From: an uncultured virus (IMG/VR IMGVR_UViG_3300018494_004239)
Taxonomy: Duplodnaviria > Heunggongvirae > Uroviricota > Caudoviricetes
IMG/VR virus record: IMGVR_UViG_3300018494_004239
Strand: one strand, 5' to 3'
DNA: 20,000 nt
The notes below the pieces were generated by a model that searched no databases, was not told the origin of the DNA, and saw only the letters and a program-made list of their open reading frames with translations. Below, in pieces: positions 1-8,312 of this stretch (within the stretch, counting starts at the first letter, position 1; each line of letters opens with the position of its first letter). Both the position numbers and the translations under genes were made by a program.

Positions 1-349
1 GAAGCGATGCAACATCAACACCCAACTTCTTTGCAAAAGAAGGGTCTAATGCATGTTCTACATCAATATATGCTGCTACACCACCATTTTTTTGTACTTG
101 TGACACAACAGATTGTGCAATCAAAGATTTACCTGCTGCCTCTGGACCATAAATTTCAACAATTCGTCCACGAGGCAATCCGCCAACTCCAAGTGCAATA
201 TCCAATGTTAAAGAACCAGTAGAAATGGCAGAGACACTCATTTTTTCGTTATCGCCAAGTGCCATAACAGAACCTTTGCCATACTTTTTTTCAATTTGTG
301 CTAATGCGGAATGTAATGCTTTTTCTCTATCAGCGTTCAATGTTTCCAT
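1..349 (-). CDS. recA: RecA recombinase, N-terminal part (runs off the left edge)
   Basis: Not in the ORF track. Manual translation gives [29 protein letters not shown]...[34 protein letters not shown]...[12 protein letters not shown], which has the RecA signature motifs. AAGGAG directly abuts the ATG at 349, so the real start may be the TTG at 340. Confidence 0.97.
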   Translation of the reverse strand, partial: METLNADREKALHSALAQIEKKYGKGSVMALGDNEKMSVSAISTGSLTLDIALGVGGLPRGRIVEIYGPEAAGKSLIAQSVVSQVQKNGGVAAYIDVEHALDPSFAKKLGVDVASL

Positions 350-430
350 CTCCTTATTTTTAGTAATTATAGCATAATTATAACACATTTTGTTCAAAAA
401 AGCAATAGGTAAACAATTAAAGAAAATACA

Positions 431-458
431 AAAAGACGGACAAAAATCCGTCTTATTT
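431..458. terminator. Intrinsic terminator after the zinc-ribbon gene
   Basis: AAGACGGA-caaaaa-TCCGTCTT inverted repeat with flanking A/T tracts. Confidence 0.7.
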
Positions 459-1085
459 GAACAAATGTTTTCTCTTTTTATAATATTTCATTATCAATCT
501 AATTATTAGTATCAATATAAAAGCAATCATATATCCCATTAGGCAAGAGATGACAATCATTATTAAAGGCAATGGAAATGCACTTTCAATTTCTAATATG
601 TCGGATGCACTCCCGTAAAGATAATTGTAAATAAGATATATTGTTATTGCTGTTGCGATACCGATTGAAGTGACAATGGAATATATATTTCTAATTTTGT
701 TTAAAATGTATCCTATTTTTTTCTTTAATAACAAAAACACCAATGTCAATCCATCATATGTAGCAAAGAACAAAAATATGAAACCTAAAAACAAAATATT
801 TTTATATTCATTTGGGTTTGCTAATATATCAATTCCCATCCACAACCAAAACAATGCAATAGTTGAGAGAAATATACAAAACACAATGTGAAATGTCATA
901 GATAATGCAGTTTTTCTTAAGTGTCCGTATGTTCTTCTGTCATATTCTTGGATTGTCATTCCGTTGGGGAGTGGTTTTAGAAATGGGTTGTCTCTTAATC
1001 TTGGATTTGGTTCTATTTCACAACCGCAGTTTTCACATACAAGTGCATCCTGTAAATTCTCAAAATTACAATTTGGACAAATCAT
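453..1085 (-). CDS. Zinc-ribbon domain membrane protein
   Basis: N-terminal CPNC...CENCG pair followed by about 4 hydrophobic segments. AAAGGAG RBS; promoter TTGCAC-17-TATAAT at 1143-1115. Confidence 0.85.
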   Translation of the reverse strand: MICPNCNFENLQDALVCENCGCEIEPNPRLRDNPFLKPLPNGMTIQEYDRRTYGHLRKTALSMTFHIVFCIFLSTIALFWLWMGIDILANPNEYKNILFLGFIFLFFATYDGLTLVFLLLKKKIGYILNKIRNIYSIVTSIGIATAITIYLIYNYLYGSASDILEIESAFPLPLIMIVISCLMGYMIAFILILIIRLIMKYYKKRKHLFK

Positions 1086-1199
1086 ACTACATCTCCTTTC
1101 TTACAGTAAATATCATTATACCCGAAAAAATATAAAAGTGCAAGTGAAAACAAAATTATTTTTCTTGACTTTTCTTGGAATTTATGATATATTGATTTT

Positions 1200-1348
1200 T
1201 AATGAGTGAAAAACTCACGGCACGAATGCCAAATTATACAAACACATCTTCAGTTATTTAAGTATGGAATTATTTTTACAGAATTACTATGCCCAAAGTA
1301 TAGTTTTTTGTATCAATAATCAAAGTACACTGAAGGTGCTTTTTTATG
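1200..1348 (+). ncRNA. Candidate small structured RNA or attenuator leader
   Basis: Promoter TTGACT-17-TATATT starting at 1165. Long imperfect rod (CATCTTCAGT/ACTGAAGGTG, TACAGAA/TTTTGTA, ACTATGC/GTATAGT) followed by a T-tract. Confidence 0.45.
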
Positions 1349-1400
1349 TCTAAAAAAGTGTCTTCTATACTAAATTAAATAACTTTATGAGGTGATTTGT

Positions 1401-1631
1401 ATGAAAAAAACAAGCATTTACAAAAGTAGTTATGATAACTACGAAATCATTATCAACAAACTTTCGAGATTGCTCGAAAAGAACGGATATGTTCTTATTA
1501 AGAACACAAGAGAAACCCCAAGTTTCAATACCAATCGCAAACACATCGAAAAGGTGATGGGCGATTTAAAATACTCGGAATTGCACGAGTATTTAGAATT
1601 GCTTGGTTACATTCTCGGTGAACAAGAATAA
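1401..1631 (+). CDS. Small hypothetical protein
   Basis: GAGGTG RBS before ATG 1401; ORF is followed directly by a terminator hairpin. Confidence 0.7.
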   Translation: MKKTSIYKSSYDNYEIIINKLSRLLEKNGYVLIKNTRETPSFNTNRKHIEKVMGDLKYSELHEYLELLGYILGEQE

Positions 1632-1635
1632 CAGA

Positions 1636-1661
1636 ATGCCTCCCGAAAGGGAGGTATTTTT
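1636..1661 (+). terminator. Intrinsic terminator
   Basis: ATGCCTCCC-gaaa-GGGAGGTAT followed by TTTT. Confidence 0.85.
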
Positions 1662-1664
1662 CTA

Positions 1665-1693
1665 TTGACAAAAGAACAAAAATGTATTATAAT
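1665..1693 (+). promoter_or_regulatory. Perfect sigma-A promoter directly followed by a terminator hairpin
   Basis: TTGACA (1665-1670)-17-TATAAT (1688-1693). GC-rich hairpin plus T-tract at 1706-1736. Confidence 0.7.
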
Positions 1694-1815
1694 AAAACTG
1701 TTCATACTCGCCGCACCTACGGGGCGGCGGGTTTTTCTATTATAACATAAATTTTCGTTAATAACAAAAGAAATGTTATAATGTAAAAAATATGTTATAA
1801 TAAACAATTAGGTCT

Positions 1816-2409
1816 TCACAACGAAGACCTGATTTCTTTTATTGTTGTTTGTGCGACATCGATTAAATCGCAAATCGTAGTTGAGTTATTTATAACAAAA
1901 TCTGAATTTTCTATGAAAAATTGTTCAGGATATTGAGAATTTAAACGCTTTTCTGCTGCTTCATAAGAAATTTCATCTCTTTCCATTGCTCTCTCAATCA
2001 GTATTTCTCTTGGTGCAATTACGGATACAATTTTGTCACACATCTTGTTTACACCACTTTCAAATAGTTGGGGTGCATCCAATAGAAAGTAAACACAATC
2101 GGTTTCTTTGATTTTGTTTTTGATTTCTTTTGTTACAATTGGAAACATAATTGAGTTTAATAATTGAAGTTTCTCTTTATCGCTAAAAACAATTCCTGCT
2201 AATTTACGACGATTTAGTGTGCCATCGTCTAAAATAATTGATTTGCCAAAATTGTTTTCTAATATTTTTAATACATCTGGGCGAGCAGTTACTTCTCTTG
2301 AAACTCTGTCTGCATTAATAACAAAGAAACCATCTCTTTCAAAAAGGTGTGAAACAGTTGATTTTCCCGCCCCAGATTGCCCTGTAAGACCAATAATGAC
2401 TTTATCCAT
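1816..2409 (-). CDS. coaE: Dephospho-CoA kinase
   Basis: IGLTGQSGAGKSTV P-loop, INAD, LNRRKLAGIVFSD and DAPQLFE motifs; 197 aa; AGGAGG RBS. Confidence 0.95.
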   Translation of the reverse strand: MDKVIIGLTGQSGAGKSTVSHLFERDGFFVINADRVSREVTARPDVLKILENNFGKSIILDDGTLNRRKLAGIVFSDKEKLQLLNSIMFPIVTKEIKNKIKETDCVYFLLDAPQLFESGVNKMCDKIVSVIAPREILIERAMERDEISYEAAEKRLNSQYPEQFFIENSDFVINNSTTICDLIDVAQTTIKEIRSSL

Positions 2410-2427
2410 ATTCGTATACCTCCTAAA

Positions 2428-2820
2428 AGAAAAAAGCGATACAGGCGGTTACACCGTCCATATCGCTTGTACGAGTGCAACACTCGCCTTGCTTATACAT
2501 TTATGTTTATTCTTTATAGGTCTACTACAAGAATTCACAATACCTGGCAATCACTACTACAACGGTCTACATTGCCTTGTGGTTTGCCAATGCATAATCC
2601 AATACGTACGGTCTCCCGCAATATTGCCTTTTCGTTTTCCAGTGTAAAAAACTCCGTCAGAGTCCTTAAGGTGTACATCCTCGTTTCTCTATTTTTCAAA
2701 ACCACTGGTACTTATACTCTCTCGACATTTTTACTGGTTCGCAATTTCAAAATGACTTGTGATGAGAGAATCGTTTATTTAGAAACCACGTGTGCGACCA
2801 CCAGTTTCCTTCTCCGAAGT
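2428..2820 (-). ncRNA. Candidate ~390-nt structured RNA upstream of coaE (family unassigned)
   Basis: Promoter TTGACT-17-TATAAT with extended TG (2855-2827). No credible minus-strand ORF. Multiple helices, and a terminal hairpin AAGCGATA...TATCGCTT plus U-tract at 2468-2425. Confidence 0.7.
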
Positions 2821-2874
2821 ATATATATTATATCATAAAAATATTCGAAAGTCAATAGGTTATTTTGCATAAAG

Positions 2875-2909
2875 AAAGAGAACCGCATTGCGGTTCTCTT
2901 ATCTTTTTT
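2875..2909. terminator. Bidirectional intrinsic terminator
   Basis: AAGAGAACCGCA-t-TGCGGTTCTCTT with flanking A and T tracts. Confidence 0.8.
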
Positions 2910-2919
2910 GTTATGTTGA

Positions 2920-3132
2920 TTAGAAGTCGAAGGATGCAATATCCTCGAATGTAATCTTTTCGGTATATGTGAAGCCGTTAGACGGGTCTTCGCAAGTAAC
3001 CTCAACTACCTCTTCGTCTTCGTCAACGACAAAAGACTTGTTCTGAATACCATTGATGGCACAGATGTTGTCGATGATATCGGCCAACTCCTCTTCAGAA
3101 TATTCAACATTACCAATCATATAGTGTTCCAT
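2920..3132 (-). CDS. Small acidic hypothetical protein
   Basis: GAGGAGG RBS before ATG 3132 (MEHYMIGNVEY...); start lies just after the stop of the upstream gene. Confidence 0.75.
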   Translation of the reverse strand: MEHYMIGNVEYSEEELADIIDNICAINGIQNKSFVVDEDEEVVEVTCEDPSNGFTYTEKITFEDIASFDF

Positions 3133-3133
3133 A

Positions 3134-3439
3134 TTAAACCTCCTCAATATTTGTGAAACCAGTGAATGTTGTGTCGCCAGCGATTTCGACATTGATGTCT
3201 TCGCTGTTTTCGAGAGTTTCTCGAAGTGTCTTGTTCAGGGTTTGTGCGATTTCTGCAATAGCAGATTTGCTGGGGATTTTTGCAGCATTCTCAATGGTAA
3301 GAGTGTTTGTGATTTCTCTTGCTACATAAGGAAGTGCATAATTTCCACAACCGCTAATCTCACCGAGCATCTTTTCGAAAGATTTATCGATGATTTTAAC
3401 TTTTACAGGTGTTACAAATACCAACTCCAAATTATACAT
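3134..3439 (-). CDS. Hypothetical protein
   Basis: 101-aa ORF with AAGGAGG RBS. Confidence 0.8.
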   Translation of the reverse strand: MYNLELVFVTPVKVKIIDKSFEKMLGEISGCGNYALPYVAREITNTLTIENAAKIPSKSAIAEIAQTLNKTLRETLENSEDINVEIAGDTTFTGFTNIEEV

Positions 3440-3510
3440 TTGACATTCCTCCTTTATTTGTTGAATATTTGTAGTTCTTATATTTTAAGTTTTTGTTTAA
3501 TTTTTTTCAA

Positions 3511-3543
3511 AAAAATATGAGCGAGATATTCTCGCTCATATTT
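3511..3543. terminator. Intrinsic terminator
   Basis: AAAATATGAGCGAGA-tat-TCTCGCTCATATTTT perfect inverted repeat. Confidence 0.85.
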
Positions 3544-3556
3544 GTGTTATATATTT

Positions 3557-5983
3557 TTACTTTACAATTTCAAAATACACATAACCGCAAAGGATGATAG
3601 AACTACCGAGTTCTTTCACATCTGTCTGCTTAAGTGCCTTGATAACATCATCAGATTCGAAGTCTTCATAAGTTGCAAGGAACTCAAGAGAAGTATTGGC
3701 CTTTGCATTCTTCTTAATATATGCTTCGAGTTCTGCTTCGGTTGTAAGAGTGCAATCCTTATATTTCGAATATTGAGTGCTGGAACTTACATACTTACCC
3801 TTTTCATCCTGTGTATAGAAAAGTTCATCTTCGAAATAACCAAGGGCAGTAGCAATTTGGTCGGGGTTTTCATACATAAAGTCCTTAATACCAAGAGACT
3901 TCTCGTTGTTTGTGACATCGACTACAAACCATTCGTTACCAATCTTGACCTTATTCCATGCATGAGGGAGATAACCCAACATATCGCCAGTTACCATAAT
4001 GCATTCGACGCCAGCAAGTTCGCATAGATAATCGAAAGTATATGCATAACTTTGACATACGCCGACTTTCTTAACGAGAATGCCATAGGTGGAAAAGGAA
4101 TCACGATATTTATCATCAACCTTCTTGAAGTTGTTCTTTTCGGCATTTTCGAGTGCGGCATCATCATAACTTGTATTTGCTTCAAGGTAACTGTAGATTG
4201 CACGACGCTTTGCGGCATCGTCCATGTCTTTTGTAATAATTGTTTCAATAACCTTTTTGCCTTCTGCCATAATTTCGTTTTGGCGAGAAACCATCTCATC
4301 GACGGTGTATTCGTACTTAACAACGAGTGTCATAGTACCATAGTCATAACCATATTGCTTAACTCCGAGGATGAGGGGGTTTTGATAGATTACTTCACAA
4401 AGGACATCGGTAAGAATAGACCAGTTCTGAATTTCGGGGAATGCTGCGATAGAAATTTCTTCTTTACCAGCAATCATACTGCGAGCAAGATATTCTTCTG
4501 CAGCAGAACTTGCATTAACAACTACACCATCTGCAACCTGCACCGTTTCTTTATTCGCTTCTTCAAGAACCTTTTCGGTATTTTCAACCTGCTGTTCTAC
4601 AACCGTCTTTTCGGTAGAAGGTTCTGGGTCGGGGTTGTCTGGTGTGGAGGGTTCGTCTGGTTTTGCAGGTTCGTCGGGTTCATTAGGTTCGACTGGAGGT
4701 GTCACATCAGCGGGTGGCATAGGAGCAATATCCTTGTCGGAAGTTTTTCCATCATTAACAGTTGGGACATTTGTAGGAGCATTTTGAGGAATATTATTTT
4801 CTACCTCTACAAAACCACCGATTTCGTCAGATGCCTTGTCTTCTGTTTTTACATTTTCTGCACCAGACTTAACTGTTACATAACCGACAATCGAAGTACC
4901 ATCAATACGATAGGTTACTGCTGTACTACCTGCCTTTGTTTCGTAAGTTACACCGTGGGACTTTGTGGTACCATCAACATAAAGAATGTTGACAGTTTGA
5001 GGAAGGTCATCGGCGGAATCATAACTGTTGGCGAGCAAAGATGTGCCTTTTGCAAATTCTGCAGGAAGCGACAAACCATAAGTTGCTACACCAACAGAAA
5101 ACAAGGATTCTTTTCCATCTACAACAGCAGTAACATAGTATTCGCCGTTTACACCTTGGTTCTGATAACTTGTAATATAACCGCCAATAACATCTTCACT
5201 TGCAAGTTTAGATTGACCGCCCTTGCCATCGTTCATCCAATCATTGTAAGAGAATGTGTCTGCACTCACTTCTGCTTCGAGACGAGGGAAGTTACCAACA
5301 TATGCTTCTTCCTTACCCTTTGGAGGAATATTTGTAGTTTCGAGCAATTTGATTACACTTCTCTGATAAATCTTATAAGAGGTCGCTCCTTCAACCTTGG
5401 TCCAAGTGAGGGTAAAATTGCCATCTTTAACTTCGTACCCTACATTGGGAATTTCGGCAGGAGACTTAATAGACATAGGAACAATTACGGGTTCATCCAA
5501 CTTTGTTTCTGTTTCTGCATTAATATCGTAATTGAACTTGATGTAATAAGTGGATACATTGCCCCAAAGGCCTTGTGTTTTGCTGTCTGCAAGAGGTGCC
5601 ATAATCGGTCTTACTTCATAAGTCTTTGGACCAGACGGCATGTAAGAACTTGGAGACCACATAAGTGCTACTTCGCTTTCCTTGAGACACTTTTCGTCAG
5701 TATGAATAGAAAATACATCTCTTTCATTGGTTGGAGTATACTTCAAGGAAATTGCTAACTGCTCATTCGGGTCAAGATTGTAAAGAGGAAGAATCTTACC
5801 CTTGTCAGTTTCGCCATACTTTTGCTTTAACTGTGTAATAGTCATTGTACTTCCGTGGAGAGAAGTTTGACCATTTTCATTGGGTTTCGTGCCTTCTGTG
5901 GGGTCGTTCTTATTCGAAGAACATCCAGCAAACATTCCAAGCACAAGAATGATTGCCAGAATAAGAGATAGTGCCTTTTTCAT
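3557..5983 (-). CDS. Lipoprotein with FN3-like region, Pro-rich linker and C-terminal transglutaminase-like (Cys-His-Asp) domain
   Basis: Signal peptide with lipobox FAGC; LTWTKVEGATSYKIY (FN3-like); PPVEPNEPDEPAKPDEP linker; GVCQSYA, HAWN and VDVT triad motifs. Confidence 0.88.
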   Translation of the reverse strand: MKKALSLILAIILVLGMFAGCSSNKNDPTEGTKPNENGQTSLHGSTMTITQLKQKYGETDKGKILPLYNLDPNEQLAISLKYTPTNERDVFSIHTDEKCLKESEVALMWSPSSYMPSGPKTYEVRPIMAPLADSKTQGLWGNVSTYYIKFNYDINAETETKLDEPVIVPMSIKSPAEIPNVGYEVKDGNFTLTWTKVEGATSYKIYQRSVIKLLETTNIPPKGKEEAYVGNFPRLEAEVSADTFSYNDWMNDGKGGQSKLASEDVIGGYITSYQNQGVNGEYYVTAVVDGKESLFSVGVATYGLSLPAEFAKGTSLLANSYDSADDLPQTVNILYVDGTTKSHGVTYETKAGSTAVTYRIDGTSIVGYVTVKSGAENVKTEDKASDEIGGFVEVENNIPQNAPTNVPTVNDGKTSDKDIAPMPPADVTPPVEPNEPDEPAKPDEPSTPDNPDPEPSTEKTVVEQQVENTEKVLEEANKETVQVADGVVVNASSAAEEYLARSMIAGKEEISIAAFPEIQNWSILTDVLCEVIYQNPLILGVKQYGYDYGTMTLVVKYEYTVDEMVSRQNEIMAEGKKVIETIITKDMDDAAKRRAIYSYLEANTSYDDAALENAEKNNFKKVDDKYRDSFSTYGILVKKVGVCQSYAYTFDYLCELAGVECIMVTGDMLGYLPHAWNKVKIGNEWFVVDVTNNEKSLGIKDFMYENPDQIATALGYFEDELFYTQDEKGKYVSSSTQYSKYKDCTLTTEAELEAYIKKNAKANTSLEFLATYEDFESDDVIKALKQTDVKELGSSIILCGYVYFEIVK

Positions 5984-6046
5984 TAAATTTTCTCCTTTCG
6001 CTATTGCGATTTTTATTTATTTTTCACGACAAGTCGTGTAAAAAAC

Positions 6047-6376
6047 TTATTGCGGAAAATTCTCAATCATTTTAAGTAAGAATTTTCTCATAAAGGCATT
6101 TCGCCTCTGCGGTAAAACAAACTTCTTTTTGCAAATATCATATACAACATCTGGTATATAGGTGTAGTTGTGCATATTTAGGTCTTCCATGATATTTCCT
6201 AAAATTTCTGCACAATCTTTTGCTTCCCATTTGTTGAATGGGATTTCCGTCATGTCTGTAAAGCGCTGTTCAGAAATATAGTCTTCTTCATCGCCATATT
6301 CAATAATAGGACCAAAAAGGTAATGTTTTCTACCCTTTTTGTCTTTTACAACATGCCAATTATCTAAATATTTCAT
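6047..6376 (-). CDS. Hypothetical protein
   Basis: 109-aa ORF with GGAGAGG RBS, in an operon with 6386-7045. Confidence 0.75.
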   Translation of the reverse strand: MKYLDNWHVVKDKKGRKHYLFGPIIEYGDEEDYISEQRFTDMTEIPFNKWEAKDCAEILGNIMEDLNMHNYTYIPDVVYDICKKKFVLPQRRNAFMRKFLLKMIENFPQ

Positions 6377-6385
6377 AACCTCTCC

Positions 6386-7045
6386 TTAACAGGTAAAGTC
6401 TTTGAGTTCGTTTTCAAGATGCTTGATAATGTCGATTACTTCCTCGCAAACAACATTGTCTAACTTATCCATAGGGATTTCAAAATCAATCGAAATATTG
6501 AAGAGTTTTCTTTCGGTATCCTTAAAAGCATCTGAAAGTTTTACATCAAAGTTCTTTGACTTTCTTTGTTCAATAATATCTATAATGCACTTTCTTATAC
6601 GGGTATCGACAAATGTTTTAGCGAAACCGTTGGTGTAGAGCATAGTAGTTTGTTCGGGAGAAGTACCAAAATACTTTTGGAAATCAGAAGACTTCAGTCC
6701 GATTCTTTTTTGAATCATAACCTTGCTTTTTCCACTTCTGTCAATATCCACTTTTGTATTGGCGGGTACATTTTCAACAATAAAGAGAATCGCAGCATCT
6801 TGCATCTCCTTTGCACTTGTGAGATAAAGTTCATAAGAAGAAACGATTTCTGAAAATTCTTCGATACTGACTTTATTGCTTAATGCTGTTTTAACTTTGA
6901 GTGCCTTTTCTTTGATTAAAGATGCTTTGATTGCTTCTCTTACAAAAAGAGGGGTTTTAACATCAAGGTACATCTTGTATGCTTCAATGACCTCTTGACC
7001 GTGTTTATTGATTCCTCTTTCAAAAGTAAATTTTTTCATAAACAT
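6386..7045 (-). CDS. Hypothetical protein
   Basis: 219-aa ORF, AAGGAG RBS, perfect promoter upstream. Confidence 0.85.
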   Translation of the reverse strand: MFMKKFTFERGINKHGQEVIEAYKMYLDVKTPLFVREAIKASLIKEKALKVKTALSNKVSIEEFSEIVSSYELYLTSAKEMQDAAILFIVENVPANTKVDIDRSGKSKVMIQKRIGLKSSDFQKYFGTSPEQTTMLYTNGFAKTFVDTRIRKCIIDIIEQRKSKNFDVKLSDAFKDTERKLFNISIDFEIPMDKLDNVVCEEVIDIIKHLENELKDFTC

Positions 7046-7082
7046 TCTCCTTTTGTTATTCTTAATCCGTTTTTATACTCAT

Positions 7083-7111
7083 ATTATACCATATTCCACT
7101 TGCAATGTCAA
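7083..7111 (-). promoter_or_regulatory. sigma-A promoter
   Basis: TTGACA-17-TATAAT with extended TG. Confidence 0.85.
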
Positions 7112-7169
7112 CACTTTTATAAAAAAATAGTGGCACTTTCGTGCCACTATTGTGTGAGTGCTGTGAGGA

Positions 7170-7883
7170 TTATTCAAAGGAAATTGTGGTAGGAGTTTCC
7201 TCTGCCTTTACGGGAATATGAATAGTGAGAATACCTGCTTCGAGACTCATAGTAGTCTGTGCGAAAAGTGCATTCTCAAATACAAACTTGCGAGTGATAG
7301 TCTCTGCACCAGAGAACTCTTCCTTCGCCTTTACGAAGATTACACCGTCGTCGGTGGACATAGCGGAAACCTTCTGTTCATGTACTGCCTTTACGGTAAT
7401 TTCCTTACCAAGGTAAGAAACAGTAATCTCTTCCTTAACAAAACCAGGAAGCATCATCTTGATGGTGTAATTACCCTTTGCATCGGTATAAACATTGGAT
7501 GCACCGTAGAAACTTGTATGACAAGGAGTTGCGATAGGTCGCTTAACCTTTTCCATATTGTTCTGGTTCTTATCATCGTGGCAATCGCACTTGCAGTTGT
7601 GCTTCTCTTCGTTGGAGTGATTGCAACCGCAGACATCCTTATTGTGAGAATTCATGTCCTTACGAATGGGATTCTGTGCGGGACGAGTGGGATTCTTGTG
7701 AGGAAGGGTGCTATGACCGCAGATAAAACCAGGTCCTACATGGAAAGAACCGCCTTCCTTTTCCGCTTCTGCCATAATAGCATTAGCGGTCTCTTCGCCA
7801 AGCATTGCTGCGAGGAAAGAACCCATTGCCTCCATTGCTTCCATAGCCTCTTCGTCGTGGTTAAAATGTTCGTTATTAGTCAT
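7170..7883 (-). CDS. Hsp20/alpha-crystallin family protein with a long His/Cys-rich N-terminal extension
   Basis: C-terminal YTIKMMLPGFVKEEITV...ITRKFVF...LEAGILTIHIP matches the alpha-crystallin pattern. AGGAGG RBS favours the start MTNNEHF at 7883. Confidence 0.8.
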   Translation of the reverse strand: MTNNEHFNHDEEAMEAMEAMGSFLAAMLGEETANAIMAEAEKEGGSFHVGPGFICGHSTLPHKNPTRPAQNPIRKDMNSHNKDVCGCNHSNEEKHNCKCDCHDDKNQNNMEKVKRPIATPCHTSFYGASNVYTDAKGNYTIKMMLPGFVKEEITVSYLGKEITVKAVHEQKVSAMSTDDGVIFVKAKEEFSGAETITRKFVFENALFAQTTMSLEAGILTIHIPVKAEETPTTISFE

Positions 7884-7920
7884 TGTTTCAATGACCTCCT
7901 TTTCTTTATTTTGTACCTTA

Positions 7921-7998
7921 ATTATACCACACTTCTTCAAGAATGTCAACAGGTATTTTAGTAAAAACATTGACTTTTTGAAAAAAATATTGTATGAT
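7921..7998. promoter_or_regulatory. Back-to-back divergent sigma-A promoters
   Basis: Minus: TTGACA (7949-7944)-17-TATAAT (7926-7921). Plus: TTGACT (7970-7975)-17-TATGAT. Confidence 0.8.
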
Positions 7999-8027
7999 TA
8001 AGTAAATAAAAAGAAGGGAAGAAAAGT

Positions 8028-8297
8028 ATGATTCTGGGTAAAGAATTTGGTAATAAAAAGTTTAATGTTTTATACAAATTAAACGAAATGCAATTGCAAT
8101 ATAGAAAAGAAAAATATGTATCTATTACACAACAAGAACTTGCTGATGTTTGTCATTTGTCAAAGGCAAAGTGCAATGAATATGTGCAATGGTTAATTGA
8201 AAATGGTCTTGTTGTGAACTACGATAATCGAAAAAATAAGTATCAGATTACCGACAAAGGCAAATCTATACTAAAAATAATGAATAAAGAATTCTAA
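8028..8297 (+). CDS. Winged helix-turn-helix DNA-binding protein
   Basis: ITQQELADVCHLSKAKCNEYVQWLIENGLV...YQITDKGK is a typical wHTH pattern. Confidence 0.85.
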   Translation: MILGKEFGNKKFNVLYKLNEMQLQYRKEKYVSITQQELADVCHLSKAKCNEYVQWLIENGLVVNYDNRKNKYQITDKGKSILKIMNKEF

Positions 8298-8312
8298 AAC
8301 AAGGAGAAAAAT

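Noticed and set aside
459..470. GAAC-aaat-GTTT, a possible LexA box upstream of recA
   Set aside because: It lies inside the end of the upstream gene, beyond a terminator and away from the recA promoter; a chance match is likely in AT-rich DNA.
2596..2630. Group II intron domain V-like hairpin
   Set aside because: A GAGA-capped stem with a bulge is present, but the catalytic triad and lower stem do not pair, and no domain VI or reverse transcriptase follows.
2377..2838. 153-aa plus-strand ORF
   Set aside because: TTG start inside coaE, no RBS and no recognisable motif. The promoter and terminator point to a minus-strand RNA instead.
4052..5758. 568-aa plus-strand ORF (and similar ORFs 7218-7961, 10428-11246, 12658-13653, 8346-9062)
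   Set aside because: Antisense shadows of well-supported genes, with atypical composition and no motifs.
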